From assembly GCA_963663805.2 (NCBI GenBank), contig CAXXMR010000013.1:192001-256000 (forward strand): a stretch of DNA of 64,000 nt, written 5' to 3'. The DNA is from Sedimentisphaerales bacterium. GTDB lineage: Bacteria > Planctomycetota > Phycisphaerae > Sedimentisphaerales > SM23-30. Under the pieces are notes generated by a model. The model was not told the origin of the DNA, ran no database searches, and saw only the letters and a program-made list of their open reading frames with translations. Positions 1 to 11,262 of the stretch are shown in pieces. A program made the position numbers and the translations under genes. Each line of letters starts with the position of its first letter. The first letter of the stretch is position 1.

Positions 1-705
1 TTGCCGTAAATTGACCAGACACTAGAATGTCCCAACCTTGCGGCTGCCAACTTTGATTATGATACTCACTGCAAATCTCAACACCAGGCAATAAGACAAG
101 TTGCGCTTCCGCGGCAACTGTCAAATTACCTTTCAAGTGATACGATCCAATACCGTCAATATTATCCAGTTCTTTTAAGCCATTTAAAATCCCAGAAATT
201 TGAATGTAAGAGTCGCTCGAATCAAAACTATTGTTAGAAAAACCCGTAGTGCTTGCATCAGGATCATTGATGCGAATTGCAATAGTGTCAGAAAATGTAT
301 TATTCTGTACAATAGGAATGATGTCAGAACCAGAAAGAGTGATCCAGCCAATTGTACTGCCGGAAACTGAACCTGAACCTGAAAACGTTATAGATGTAAT
401 TTCACTGTCATTTTGAACGGCAACTTGATCGCTAGCCACATCTAGACTCCAAGTGCCGTCGCAATTGTCAATGACCCCACTTGATCCGGCATTATAGGAG
501 TGATAATTGTCCGAACCAGTAAAAGTACAATCCGTCAGGTTTGTCTCTCCACCATCATAAGTTATAAGCTCTAAAGAATGGTAGGTATCAGAAGCAGAAA
601 AACTGACTCCAGTTGCCGTAAATTGACCAGACACTAGAATGTCCCAACCTTGCGGCTGCCAACTTTGATTATGATACTCACTGCAAATCTCAACACCAGG
701 CAATA
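1..705. repeat. Exact direct repeat, 1-93 = 613-705 (period 612 nt), inside the secreted-protein gene
   Basis: Identical 93-nt string TTGCCGTAAATTGACC...CACCAGGCAATA at both positions; the first copy is cut by the window edge. Confidence 0.95.
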
Positions 706-997
706 TGGTTAAAGAAATCTGTTCGTCATAAGATCCATTCCCAGTCCAATCCGAATAAGGCTCACCGGAGGTATATTGCCCATCACCTTCGCCGGTATCA
801 AAGGTAAGCGGAATACCATCAGCTCCCCAGTCACTGAATGGCTCTTTTTTAGGAATTGTCACATTGCCATTCAGTATGTAGGGGCTCCCAGCAGCATCCC
901 AAACACCCCACTGATTGCCGGAAACATAGGTCTGGGCATCAGCTGGAACACAAAAGCAGAATGTTGATATTATAACCAGATAAAGGGAGTTTCGCAT
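1..997 (-). CDS. Secreted repeat protein, beta-helix-like; 5' part only, runs off the window
   Basis: Manually translated open frame from ATG at 997 (GGAGG SD upstream): MRNSLYLVIISTFCFCVPADAQTYVSGNQWGVWDAAGSPYILNGNVTIP..., with a signal-peptide-like N-terminus and an internal repeat of 204-codon period. Confidence 0.75.
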   Translation of the reverse strand, partial: MRNSLYLVIISTFCFCVPADAQTYVSGNQWGVWDAAGSPYILNGNVTIPKKEPFSDWGADGIPLTFDTGEGDGQYTSGEPYSDWTGNGSYDEQISLTILPGVEICSEYHNQSWQPQGWDILVSGQFTATGVSFSASDTYHSLELITYDGGETNLTDCTFTGSDNYHSYNAGSSGVIDNCDGTWSLDVASDQVAVQNDSEITSITFSGSGSVSGSTIGWITLSGSDIIPIVQNNTFSDTIAIRINDPDASTTGFSNNSFDSSDSYIQISGILNGLKELDNIDGIGSYHLKGNLTVAAEAQLVLLPGVEICSEYHNQSWQPQGWDILVSGQFTA

Positions 998-1397
998 GTC
1001 GCCTCCGTAATAAATGGCCAAAAACAAATCGATCCCTTCGACTGAAAAAATAATTATACTGGATCGCCCAGGTTAATTCCATACTATATTAAGGGTGGCT
1101 CCTGGTGTTTGGCGATGTGCACAAGTGCCGTGTTTTGCGGTAGTTATGGGCGTAGCGGTCATTGGGCATGGGAAAATGTGATAATGATCAAGAAAATCCC
1201 TCAATAATACCTTCCGTTAAGACCTTTTTCGGGCTTTTCGGTATGGTCCTGTGCATGAAAATCAGATTTCAACGGAAAATGTTGTATGATCTTCATGTGG
1301 AGTGCCCCAAACAAAGGTTCGATTAACAAGAAACTGCAAGCCTGACATCACCGAATGTCAGAAAGTCGCGTTTTTGCTTGAAAAAACGCCGATTTTG

Positions 1398-1694
1398 TCA
1401 AGACACCTTGCTGCCGCATTCAGCGCAATAGTTGGGATTACCCAGAATTCGCTTATCGCAAACCGGGCATCTCCTAGAAAGGGCTCCACTACTTTTGCCG
1501 GGTTCTACGATAAGAATCAACAGTGCCAAAATCACGGTAACAGCCGTCCCAGTGAGGAAATTCTCCCGAACCCAGGCTGCTTTCTCCGGTAAACCCTTTT
1601 CTATTAGCCAGTTAGCGATCAGGGCTACGTTTCCGGCAAGAAAAACAGCCCCTACTAGCCCAAGAATAATGATTTTTCTGATTCCAAGATTCAT
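1398..1694 (-). CDS. Small membrane protein with C-terminal zinc ribbon
   Basis: Two hydrophobic segments followed by CPVC...CAECG; ATG at 1694 preferred over TTG at 1730. Confidence 0.7.
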   Translation of the reverse strand: MNLGIRKIIILGLVGAVFLAGNVALIANWLIEKGLPEKAAWVRENFLTGTAVTVILALLILIVEPGKSSGALSRRCPVCDKRILGNPNYCAECGSKVS

Positions 1695-1828
1695 CACTTG
1701 TCCTTTCAAAATAGAGTCTTGGTTGTTCAAAATAGCGCAATTCCACTAAGAGCGCAAGTGAAAACTGAAGAATTTTCATGATTGTATCCTAATATATCCT
1801 AATCAATACTATTTAATACACATAGCTC

Positions 1829-1856
1829 TTGACAGCAGAGTAAAGGTAAGTACAAT
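1829..1856 (+). promoter_or_regulatory. Sigma70-type promoter for the HTH/defence operon
   Basis: TTGACA-16 nt-TACAAT upstream of the GAGG SD and ATG at 1902. Confidence 0.7.
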
Positions 1857-1901
1857 ATGGGCGTTTTCTCTGTAACCTGATCCTGTTTATGAGGATATAT
1901 T

Positions 1902-2090
1902 ATGACTGAACGATGGCTGTCAGTGGAGGAAATCGCTGGGCATCTCGGGGTCAAAAAGGACACAATCTACAAATGGGTCCGGACAACCGATATTCCTTTT
2001 CACAAAATAGGCCGGCTGGTAAAGTTTCAGGTCAAAGAGGTTGACCGGTGGGTCATTGAAGGCAAGGCTACCCCCAAGGGCGGTGAATGA
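1902..2090 (+). CDS. Excisionase-like HTH_17 DNA-binding protein
   Basis: WLSVEEIAGHLGVKKDTIYKW...IPFHKIGRLVKF pattern; such genes commonly lead restriction loci. Confidence 0.85.
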   Translation: MTERWLSVEEIAGHLGVKKDTIYKWVRTTDIPFHKIGRLVKFQVKEVDRWVIEGKATPKGGE

Positions 2091-2131
2091 CTCGAAATAA
2101 CAATGGGCAAAAATGACCTTGAGGAGTATTT

Positions 2132-2587
2132 ATGGGCTGGACTCACTATTGGGAACGTGAAAAAGAAATTCCGGCTGAGGAGTTTGAAAAAGCGGTTAAC
2201 GACTGCGAGCTATTGTTCAGTAAGATGAATGTACCTCTCGCTGGTCCACAGTCTGAAGCTGAACCAGTTTTTTCTCCTGAGGCAATGATGTTTAATGGGG
2301 TGCAGGGGCAGGATTGTGAGATTTTCTCCATGAAACGTATTGAGGAGCCAAGAAGGCCGGGTGCAGCAGTTTTATCATATTGTAAAACGGAAAAGTTGCC
2401 GTATGACGTCTGCGTCAGAGCGGCACTCGTAATAATGAAACATTATCTTGGAGACCATCTTCAAGTAATGAGCGACGGGAAGATGAAAGATTGGAAAGAT
2501 GCTGTCAATATTTGCATATTACACTTGGGCCTTGGAGATAAGTTTAACCTCTCAAGTAAGAAAAAAAGAGGTAACATATACTTTTAG
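2132..2587 (+). CDS. Hypothetical protein (MGWTHYW...CKT..PYD pattern)
   Basis: 151-aa ORF with GAGGAG SD. Confidence 0.7.
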   Translation: MGWTHYWEREKEIPAEEFEKAVNDCELLFSKMNVPLAGPQSEAEPVFSPEAMMFNGVQGQDCEIFSMKRIEEPRRPGAAVLSYCKTEKLPYDVCVRAALVIMKHYLGDHLQVMSDGKMKDWKDAVNICILHLGLGDKFNLSSKKKRGNIYF

Positions 2588-2689
2588 ATAATTTGTCCCT
2601 TACAAGCATACTCTAGGAAATATCTTAAAGGGTCAACAATATCTCAACTACGACGTTTTTGCTTATATAATGGTTCAACGAAAAAGGCA

Positions 2690-4159
2690 ATGAATAAAAT
2701 CGATTTACCACCTAATGCGCCGATGCTTATGGAGTCCACCCGAGCATTAGGCTATACTGTAGAAGCTGCACTGGCGGATTTAATTGATAACAGCATTTCT
2801 GCCGGCGCAAAACTAATAGACCTTCAATTTCGCCCTTATGATCCGCCATTTCTTATCCTGCTCGATGATGGCAACGGCATGTCTTCTGTTGAACTCACCG
2901 CGGCAATGCGGTATGGTTCTAAAAACCCACTTGAGTTACGCAGTGCAGTAGATTTGGGTCGATTTGGACTTGGGCTCAAAACAGCCTCTTTATCCCAATG
3001 CAGCATGCTGACGGTAGCAAGTATAAAAGATGGGATACTGTCGGCAAGGCGTTGGGACTTGGATTATCTAAAAACTCGCGGTGACGGCAGATGGCTCCTC
3101 CTTGAACTGAATGATAAAGAAATCGATAAACTTCCATTAATAGATTTACTAAAAACACAAGGAAAAGGGACATCTGTAATTTGGCAGAATTTAGACAGAT
3201 TGGGAGCAGGCGAGAGTTCATTTGGAGTGGCTTTGGGGCAGAAGATGGTAAGGGTAAGAGAACATATATCTCTTGTGTTTCACCGGTATATTACAGGAGA
3301 ACGTGGTATAGGAAAAATTAGAATCAGCATCAACAATACTCCGATTGAAGCACGCGATCCTTTTTTAATTGGAAAGAGCTTACAAGTTATGGATGAAGAA
3401 CGTATTAGAGTCAATAACGAGTCTATACTGGCTACTCCATATATACTGCCGCATATTTCCAATATGTCGGCATCAGAAATCAAGATGCTTGGCGGCTCGG
3501 GTGGTTTAAGGCGGAGGCAGGGTTTTTATGTTTATAGAAATAAACGTCTCTTGGTTTGGGGTACTTGGTTTCGGCTGATGAGGCAGGATGATCTGTCAAA
3601 ATTGGCACGAGTGCGGGTTGATATCCCAAATTCTCTTGACCATTTATGGACGCTGGATATACGTAAATCAATAGCTGTTCCTCCGGAGATTGTTCGTAAG
3701 AGGTTGTCTCTTATTATTGAAAAAATTGCTGAATATAGCAAAAAAACCTGGACATTCCGCGGCAAAAAAGAAACGAGAGATTCCATTGTACATTTATGGA
3801 ATAGGTTGAGGCTGAGGGATGGTGTTCAGTATCAAATCAATAGAGATCATCCTTTTGCGGTCGCTTTGAAAGCCAAGCTCGGCAAAGAGAATCAGCGTTT
3901 ATTAGAAGAACTGCTTAGGGCGGTTGAGTCCAATATCCCATTGAATCAACTGTATGTAGATCTTAACCACGATGAAAAATTTGCGATTGAGCACACAAAT
4001 GGCACTGATCAGAAGAAGAGCCTGGAGGGGTGTCTTGAGTTGCTTTTAGATGGTTGCCCTACAAAGGAAACAAAATCAGATATGGTAAAAAGGATTAGAA
4101 ATATTGAACCTTTTTCCTGCTATCCAGAGCTTGTGGACATAATACTAGAGGAGATTTAA
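2690..4159 (+). CDS. MORC/MutL-type GHKL ATPase (MzaB-like)
   Basis: DLIDNS, DDGNGM and DLGRFGLGLKTAS motifs; QGFYVYRNKRL in the S5-like domain. Confidence 0.9.
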   Translation: MNKIDLPPNAPMLMESTRALGYTVEAALADLIDNSISAGAKLIDLQFRPYDPPFLILLDDGNGMSSVELTAAMRYGSKNPLELRSAVDLGRFGLGLKTASLSQCSMLTVASIKDGILSARRWDLDYLKTRGDGRWLLLELNDKEIDKLPLIDLLKTQGKGTSVIWQNLDRLGAGESSFGVALGQKMVRVREHISLVFHRYITGERGIGKIRISINNTPIEARDPFLIGKSLQVMDEERIRVNNESILATPYILPHISNMSASEIKMLGGSGGLRRRQGFYVYRNKRLLVWGTWFRLMRQDDLSKLARVRVDIPNSLDHLWTLDIRKSIAVPPEIVRKRLSLIIEKIAEYSKKTWTFRGKKETRDSIVHLWNRLRLRDGVQYQINRDHPFAVALKAKLGKENQRLLEELLRAVESNIPLNQLYVDLNHDEKFAIEHTNGTDQKKSLEGCLELLLDGCPTKETKSDMVKRIRNIEPFSCYPELVDIILEEI

Positions 4160-4160
4160 T

Positions 4161-6881
4161 ATGGTCGAAATGCTGTATAGGCTGTTGTCTGTAGCAATAA
4201 ATACCAAATACAGGGATGTTATCCCCACTGAAGAAAACATAAGAGAAGAGGCGTTAATCTTGCGGGGGATCTGTCCAGTCAGTGATGAAGAGTATGACCA
4301 TGTTATCAGGCAGATACATGCCGCGATGCTGGTGTCAATGGATAGAGGAGTTGCAATAATTGATCCAAACGCTGTACACCTGCCATGGTTTATGCATCGT
4401 AGAGGACGTGAAGACTTTTTCTTTTATTGGGCTCGTTATGAGCGGTTTTTGACAGACATTAAAGGGTGGGGTCCTCGGGTTGTCGCAACAATAAATGATG
4501 ATTCTGACCGGATAATTGATTTATGCGGAGATCCGGAAAAGGTAGAACCATGGCAACGACGCGGCTTGGTTATAGGTGATGTGCAATCTGGAAAAACAGC
4601 GAATTATACGGCACTGTGCTGTAAAGCGGCTGATGCGGGCTATAAAGTCATTATTCTTTTAACTGGCACCCTTGAAAATCTAAGGCGGCAGACGCAGGAG
4701 CGGTTGGATGCAGAATTCATAGGCCGCAAAAGCGGAGAGTTGTTAAGGCGCAGAGATCGACAGAGTATTTTCGTTGGAGTTGGGAGAATAGATAATCGGC
4801 GAAATGGAATGGTTTTTACTTCCATAAATACTGACTTCAAAGCAAATACGCTCAATGCTATAGGGCTAAGTCTTCGTGACTGCAGAGAGCCAGCCCTGTT
4901 TGTTGTCAAGAAAAATCGGCGCATACTTGAGAACCTTGAACAGTGGCTTCGTGCATTTAATGCCGGCGCAGATCAAATGCTGGATTTACCCCTCCTGCTT
5001 ATAGATGACGAGGCTGATAATGCCTCAGTTAACACACGCCAGGGAGGCGGTGATTATACTGCTGTTAATGGGGCTATTCGTGGATTGCTGAATTGTTTTC
5101 ATAGAGCCGCTTACATTGGAGTTACCGCGACACCATATGCAAACATTTTTATCGATCCAGATGATGCCGACGAGATGGTTGGCAATGATCTATTCCCACG
5201 AGATTTTATTTATTCAATCTCGTCTCCGACAAACTATATCGGAGCAGACGCTATATTTGGCGAAGACGCGACCTATGCCCACAGCCTTGAAATAATTAGC
5301 GATGCAGAAGCGTTTTTTCCGTTAAGACACAAAACAGATCATCAAATTACCGATCTTCCGCAAGAGCTTGAAGGATGCAATTGCTCATTTTGTGCTTCTC
5401 AATGCAATTGCCGATTACCAGGAACAGAATAACAGCCATCGATCCATGCTGGTCAATGCAAGCCGTTTTACGGGTATCCAAGGACCAAATTGCTCGAATA
5501 ATAACAGAATTTCTAAACGGGATAAGAACGGACATTCGCAACTACAGCAGATTGCCTTTACGGGAAGTCCGTCGAATAGAGTCTCTGAGGTTTTTAGAGT
5601 CAATCTGGGAAAGATACAATCTGTCTGTTGAGACAGGGTTACGTTGGCAAGCGATTCTGTCTGAATATCTAAGTTCTGCGTCAGAGCCAATAGAGGTGCG
5701 TCCGATCAATCAGCGAACTGGTGCTGCCAGCTTGGATTACTCAGCTTATGCCGAAACGGGTTTGAGAGTTATTGCTGTAGGCGGCAACAGTTTGTCTCGA
5801 GGACTTACACTTGAAGGCCTGAGAGTAAGCTATTTCTATCGCAATTCTCGCGCATATGATACCCTGATGCAGATGGGCAGGTGGTTCGGCTACCGTTCCG
5901 GCTACGAGAATCTTTTCAAAATTTTGGATGTCGCAGGATGCATGCGATTGGTATGCTTATATCTGTATGGCTTCAAACGAATTAAAAGATGAGATTAGGC
6001 GGATGAATCGTCTGAATCAGACTCCCAAAGAATTCGGTTTGAAAGTCCGAGAGGATCCTGATGTTCTGTATGTCACTGCGTTGAACAAGATGCGAAACGC
6101 TCAGTTAATCGAGAGATGGATTTCTGTAAATGGAAGACTTATTGAAACACCGCGCCTTCAGGAAGAGCTTGATATTCTGCATTCCAATGAAAGAGCTGTT
6201 GTGCGGTTTATACTGGATCTTCCTGAAAAAGGCATCATAGCTTCACCTGAACTCCGACATGGAAGTACCGTTTGGTCCAATGTTTCGGGTAGAGATGTTG
6301 CAATGTTGCTGAAAAGTTTCGTTTCGCATCCATGGCATTTTGCATTCCATTCGGGTTCACTGGCAGAGTTTATCGAAAAGCCCGAAAATATCCATCTGCA
6401 GGATTGGGATGTTGTCATTCCTAATGGCACCGGTAGCAGCATGGATATTGGCGATATCAAGATACAGAAACAAAAACGTAAGATACTAATTAAAGACGGA
6501 GCTCTGATGGTTTCCGGGACAAAAGTCAGAGTCGGGTCTGGGGGCTGTACTAAAGCAGGACTTACTAGAGGTCAGATAAAAGCTGCAGAAAAAGCTTTTT
6601 TTGAGAATGATACAAAAGGCAGGAAAAATGCTAGCGATACAGCCTATCTTATCGAAGGCAGAAGGCCTGTACTGCTTTTGCACCTGATTGAACCGGAGTT
6701 CATAGAAAGTAATGGCTCTTCGATAGCTGATTTAAAAACTATGGTTGCCCTTGGCCTGGGATTCCCTAGGGTTAGTGGAGATCAGGCGATTAAAGCGTTA
6801 TATCGTATCAATTTGGTAGAAGCCCAAAATTTGTTTCCATTTGAAGAAGAGGATGACGATATTGATGAAAGAATTGAATGA
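4161..6881 (+). CDS. Z1-domain SF2-helicase-like protein (MzaC-like), broken by three +1 frameshifts at ~5370, ~5481 and ~5925
   Basis: GDVQSGKT, DDEADNAS, TATP, LSRGLTLEGL and DTLMQMGRWFGYR motifs are spread over four successive frames. Confidence 0.85.
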
Positions 6882-7824
6882 GTTCATAAGAGATTGGGAT
6901 AATCTGATCCCGGGACCGAATGCATTTAAGCGTGTCGATGCAGAGCATCCTCTGGATTTTTATATAGGCCAAAGTGCGTACGGTAGCAAAGAGTTATTCT
7001 TAATATCTGAAGAGGAGCCGGCGGGTCTATCTGGTTCGAAGTCGATAGACGTCCAAATCGGCAAGCGCCAGGATGGGAGATGGTCGATTACCTTTACCTT
7101 GATTAAGCCCGAGCACGAGCAGCCTTTTGTTGCTCTATGTTATGATATAGTTGAATCATCTCGGAACGTCAGCGGTAAAGGAATGTCATTTGTGATTAAG
7201 CGATTTCAAAAATGGCAGTTGCTGCTGGCTCAAACTTCAGATGGTTTGCTTTCATTGGAAGTACAGAAAGGGCTGTTTGGTGAATTGCTGTTTTTTCGCA
7301 GCTGTATTCAAAATGGATTTCCACCTGCTCAGACAGCAGATGCCTGGATAGGTTGCAATAAAGCCGATAAAGATTTTGTTTTTGATGCTAAATGGTGTGA
7401 AATAAAAACGATAGACCCTGCAGCAGTTGCTGTCCATATATCCTCTATTGAACAACTTGACGCTCCTAATGATGGAGAACTTGTGATCAACTTTGTTGAA
7501 AACACATCCCTGCAGGACAATTATGGTCAGACACTGAATGAATTAATTATTGACATAAGGGATCTGCTGAAAAATAATCAGGCCGCATTAGCTGAATTCA
7601 ATGTTAAATTGTCTATTGCCGGTTTTCAAGAGAATATAAAATATGACGAACACAAATACGTGTGCAGATGTGTAAAATACTACTCGGTCGATGAATCATT
7701 TCCACGAATCACAAGACAGGATTTGCCAGTATCAGTGGTTAAATTGTCGTACGAACTTGGAATCAATTCTTTATCAGCGTGGGAAATAAAATATTATAGG
7801 GAGAATGACGATGGAACTGCTTGA
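6865..7824 (+). CDS. PD-(D/E)XK motif protein (DUF4420/MzaD-like)
   Basis: GLFGEL, W.G....KDF, EIKT and ISSIEQLD motifs; overlaps both neighbours. Confidence 0.85.
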   Translation: MKELNEFIRDWDNLIPGPNAFKRVDAEHPLDFYIGQSAYGSKELFLISEEEPAGLSGSKSIDVQIGKRQDGRWSITFTLIKPEHEQPFVALCYDIVESSRNVSGKGMSFVIKRFQKWQLLLAQTSDGLLSLEVQKGLFGELLFFRSCIQNGFPPAQTADAWIGCNKADKDFVFDAKWCEIKTIDPAAVAVHISSIEQLDAPNDGELVINFVENTSLQDNYGQTLNELIIDIRDLLKNNQAALAEFNVKLSIAGFQENIKYDEHKYVCRCVKYYSVDESFPRITRQDLPVSVVKLSYELGINSLSAWEIKYYRENDDGTA

Positions 7825-9880
7825 GTATCGTAAAGATTTTTTAGAAGATGTAAAGTCAACAGCAGTTAATCAGCAAGAGGGAACCGTTGCTTCCTTTGTA
7901 GACGTCGCAGCAAGACAGCTGGTCGAGGCTGAAGTGCTTCCCGATTTTGCCTCTTGTTTTTATGCGGGAACTGGAAAACGTAATAAGAAGCTTAGGGTTG
8001 ATGGATATTGCTTAGATGAGTTTGATTACACTCTGAATCTCATATTAGCAGATTTTGATGGAAATGACGACCCTAAAACTCTAATCAAAACAGATGCGGT
8101 ACGTATGTTTAGTGCAGTTGAAGCATTCATAGCTGAATCACGCAATGGCCTTTTGAATCATTTAGAAATCAGCAATCCTGTATATGATCTGGTTGATTTA
8201 ATCAATGAAAAGGGCAACCAAATACGCAAGTATTCCCTTTTCCTTTTCAGTGATTCGATAATCAGTGAGCGGTTAACCGATCTGAAGCAGGGGGACATAG
8301 AAGGTATTCCGATCAATTATCATGTTTGGGATATTAGCCGTTTCTTCAAGGTCTGTTTCGCTGAGACAGGTAGAGAAGAATTGGAAGTGGATTTCACGAA
8401 ATATATTAAAAATGGAATACCATGCGTTGAAGCAAGCGCAGCCGCAACTGAAATCAGCAAGTCATATTTATGTGTTATCCCAGGCAAAGTGCTGGCGGAC
8501 ATCTATGATGAATACGGCAGCAGGTTATTAGAAGGCAACGTACGCTCTTTTTTGAGTACTAGGGTAAAAGTAAATAAAAAGATTCGCGAGACAATTCTGA
8601 CTCAGCCAGATATGTTCTTTGCTTACAATAACGGAATTTCAATTACAGCAACAAATGTTGTGATATCAGAAAATAAAACTGGAAAATATCTGAGCTATGC
8701 TAAAGATATGCAAATCGTAAATGGTGGGCAGACCACAGCATCGCTTTCAAATACAAGACATAAAGACAAGGTTTCTCTAGAAGACATTTTTGTGCAAATG
8801 AAGCTGACGCAGGTAGATTCAGAATCGGCTAATGAAATAATACCCCAAATTTCTAAGTCTTCTAATAGTCAAAATAAGGTTAGTGAGGCTGATTTCTTTT
8901 CTAATCATCCATTCCATATTCGTATGGAGACCATATCGCGAAGATTATATGCTCCAAGCGTTGGAGGGGGAATGCATAATACTCACTGGTTCTACGAACG
9001 GGCGAGAGGGCAGTATTTCCATGCTCAAATGAGAATGACGAAATCAGAGAAAAACAAATTTCAAATTCAAAATCCCAAAAAACAGGTTATAAGCAAGACT
9101 GAACTAGCAAAAGCCAGAAATTCTTGGCGATGTCTCCCGTATGTAGTCAGTAAAGGGACACAGGCTAATTTTGTTTCATTCGCAGCATGGATCGACCCTG
9201 AGTGGGAGTCACGTGAGGCCGATTTCAATGAGTCTTTCTATCAGGAATGTGTGGCATTGGTTATCTTATTTCATTACATTGAAAAACTCGTTTCCGCCCA
9301 GCCATGGTATCAGAGTGGTTACCGAGCACAGATTGTTACCTACTCGATTGCTATGCTTGTGCACTTGATTAAATCGCAATACAAAAATGGTGTGCTGGAT
9401 TTAAAACTGATTTGGAACAAACAGACTATTCCAGAAATACTGCACAAGCAGTTAGAAATTATTACTAAAGCTGTATTTGACTGCATGACAGATCCTGAGA
9501 GGGATACAATCAATGTTACCCAGTGGTGCAAAAGGGAAAAATGCTGGGAGATGATGAAAAAGCTGGATATACACCTGATCCCCGAAATCGTAAGTGTTCT
9601 CGTTTCCAAAGAAGAAGTAGCTTCTGATAAAAAAGAGGCAAGGACAGAGCAGAAAATGCTCAATGGTATAGAGGCTCAGATGTTTGTAGTAAACTTAGGA
9701 CAGAATTATTGGGCTGAACTGCATAATTTTGGTAAAAATAAAAATTTGCTGACACTGCCTGATTTTGATATCCTGAAGGCGGCAGAGGCGATATCAGGGA
9801 CAAAACTGCCAAATGCTTATCAGTGCCAGAAACTGCAGGAATTGAGAAATAGAATGATTTCAGAGGGCTTTTCGGAATAA
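7805..9880 (+). CDS. AIPR family protein (MzaE-like)
   Basis: LLEGNVRSFL, FFAYNNGI, QIVNGGQTTASL, NSQN and WFYERARGQY motifs. Confidence 0.9.
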   Translation: MTMELLEYRKDFLEDVKSTAVNQQEGTVASFVDVAARQLVEAEVLPDFASCFYAGTGKRNKKLRVDGYCLDEFDYTLNLILADFDGNDDPKTLIKTDAVRMFSAVEAFIAESRNGLLNHLEISNPVYDLVDLINEKGNQIRKYSLFLFSDSIISERLTDLKQGDIEGIPINYHVWDISRFFKVCFAETGREELEVDFTKYIKNGIPCVEASAAATEISKSYLCVIPGKVLADIYDEYGSRLLEGNVRSFLSTRVKVNKKIRETILTQPDMFFAYNNGISITATNVVISENKTGKYLSYAKDMQIVNGGQTTASLSNTRHKDKVSLEDIFVQMKLTQVDSESANEIIPQISKSSNSQNKVSEADFFSNHPFHIRMETISRRLYAPSVGGGMHNTHWFYERARGQYFHAQMRMTKSEKNKFQIQNPKKQVISKTELAKARNSWRCLPYVVSKGTQANFVSFAAWIDPEWESREADFNESFYQECVALVILFHYIEKLVSAQPWYQSGYRAQIVTYSIAMLVHLIKSQYKNGVLDLKLIWNKQTIPEILHKQLEIITKAVFDCMTDPERDTINVTQWCKREKCWEMMKKLDIHLIPEIVSVLVSKEEVASDKKEARTEQKMLNGIEAQMFVVNLGQNYWAELHNFGKNKNLLTLPDFDILKAAEAISGTKLPNAYQCQKLQELRNRMISEGFSE

Positions 9881-9923
9881 TTATCAATAAAGATTAGTTA
9901 AAACACTTTTAGATGATGAAAAT

Positions 9924-11132
9924 ATGAAAAAGAGTGTATTTAAATTAGGAGAGTTGTTCTGCGGTCCTGGTGGTTTGGCACTGGGCGCTGCTCAGACTCA
10001 CCCTGTGTACTCAATAATAGGCAAACAGTTTTCCATTACTCACGTTTGGGGTGTAGACAAAGATCAAGCTGCTATTGATTCGTATTCTCTTAATATCGCC
10101 GAAAAATATGGTGGTGTCGGCCTCTGTCGCGATGCGATGGAATTCTGTAAAAATGAAATACAGGATCATAAAAGGATCACTGCGTTAGCCTTCGGCTTTC
10201 CCTGCAACGATTTTAGTCTGGTTGGCAAGCAACAGGGTGTAAACGGCCAGTATGGTCATCTGTATAAAGCCGGCATCATGGCGATCAAACATATGGATCC
10301 ATTCTGGTTTATTGCCGAAAATGTCAGCGGCATTCATTCCGCCAATCAGGGTGTGGCCTTCAGGAAAATCCTTTCAGATCTTAAAGTTGCCGGAAAACAT
10401 GGTTATCGCCTGACGGCGCATTTGTACAAGTTTGAAGATTATGGAGTTCCTCAGACCCGTCACCGGTTCATTGTTGTCGGAATACGCAAAGACCAGTGCA
10501 GGAACCAGCCATTCAGAGTTCCCGCTCCTACACACGGGCCCGGCACTCTCAAAGCTTATGTTTCGGCACGGGAGGCCATTGAAAGGATCAAGCCAGGTTC
10601 CCCCAATGGTGAGTTGACACGCCAAGATCCCAGAATTGTGCGGCGCCTGCAGTTTACACCACCATGGAAAAACGCCTGGTTTTTAGACGAGCTGCTTGAG
10701 ATGAAACCAACGCAACGGCTGGAAATCCTCCAGAAGGTTCCATGGTATAAAGAAGAATTATCCGGTTTGTCGGACTATAAAATCTGCCGACTAATCGATG
10801 AATGCCGCCTTCACTGCACTAAAGCCCGGATGAGCCATATCTATAGACGACTTCATCCAGACCTCCCATCATATACAATCACCGGTAGCGGAGGAGGAGG
10901 GACCCATGTCTATCATTGGGAGGAACACAGGGCCCTGACCAATCGCGAGCGTGCAAAACTGCAGAGCTTTGATGATGACTTTGAATTTCAAGGTTCAAAA
11001 GAGGAGGTCAGAAAACAAATCGGGATGGCGGTGCCGCCCGCAGGTGCCAAGATTATCTTTAAGGCGATCTTGGATACATTTGCCGGAAATAAATATAAAA
11101 GTGTGAACTCAAACTACCCTATTTCAGATTGA
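9924..11132 (+). CDS. dcm: DNA (cytosine-5)-methyltransferase
   Basis: Motif I ELFCGPGG, IV GFPC, VI ENV, VIII PQTRHR, IX RERAKLQSF and X QIGMAVPP. Confidence 0.92.
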   Translation: MKKSVFKLGELFCGPGGLALGAAQTHPVYSIIGKQFSITHVWGVDKDQAAIDSYSLNIAEKYGGVGLCRDAMEFCKNEIQDHKRITALAFGFPCNDFSLVGKQQGVNGQYGHLYKAGIMAIKHMDPFWFIAENVSGIHSANQGVAFRKILSDLKVAGKHGYRLTAHLYKFEDYGVPQTRHRFIVVGIRKDQCRNQPFRVPAPTHGPGTLKAYVSAREAIERIKPGSPNGELTRQDPRIVRRLQFTPPWKNAWFLDELLEMKPTQRLEILQKVPWYKEELSGLSDYKICRLIDECRLHCTKARMSHIYRRLHPDLPSYTITGSGGGGTHVYHWEEHRALTNRERAKLQSFDDDFEFQGSKEEVRKQIGMAVPPAGAKIIFKAILDTFAGNKYKSVNSNYPISD

Positions 11133-11262
11133 CCATAATTGCAGAACGTCGCTGTCAATTTATCTCGTAGTATAGGTATTATATAGGCTGGATCGTGCGC
11201 CTTTTGAGTAATGTGCGTATTCTTTGTATTCTTGAAATTCAAGTTTTCGAGATATGCATTAC

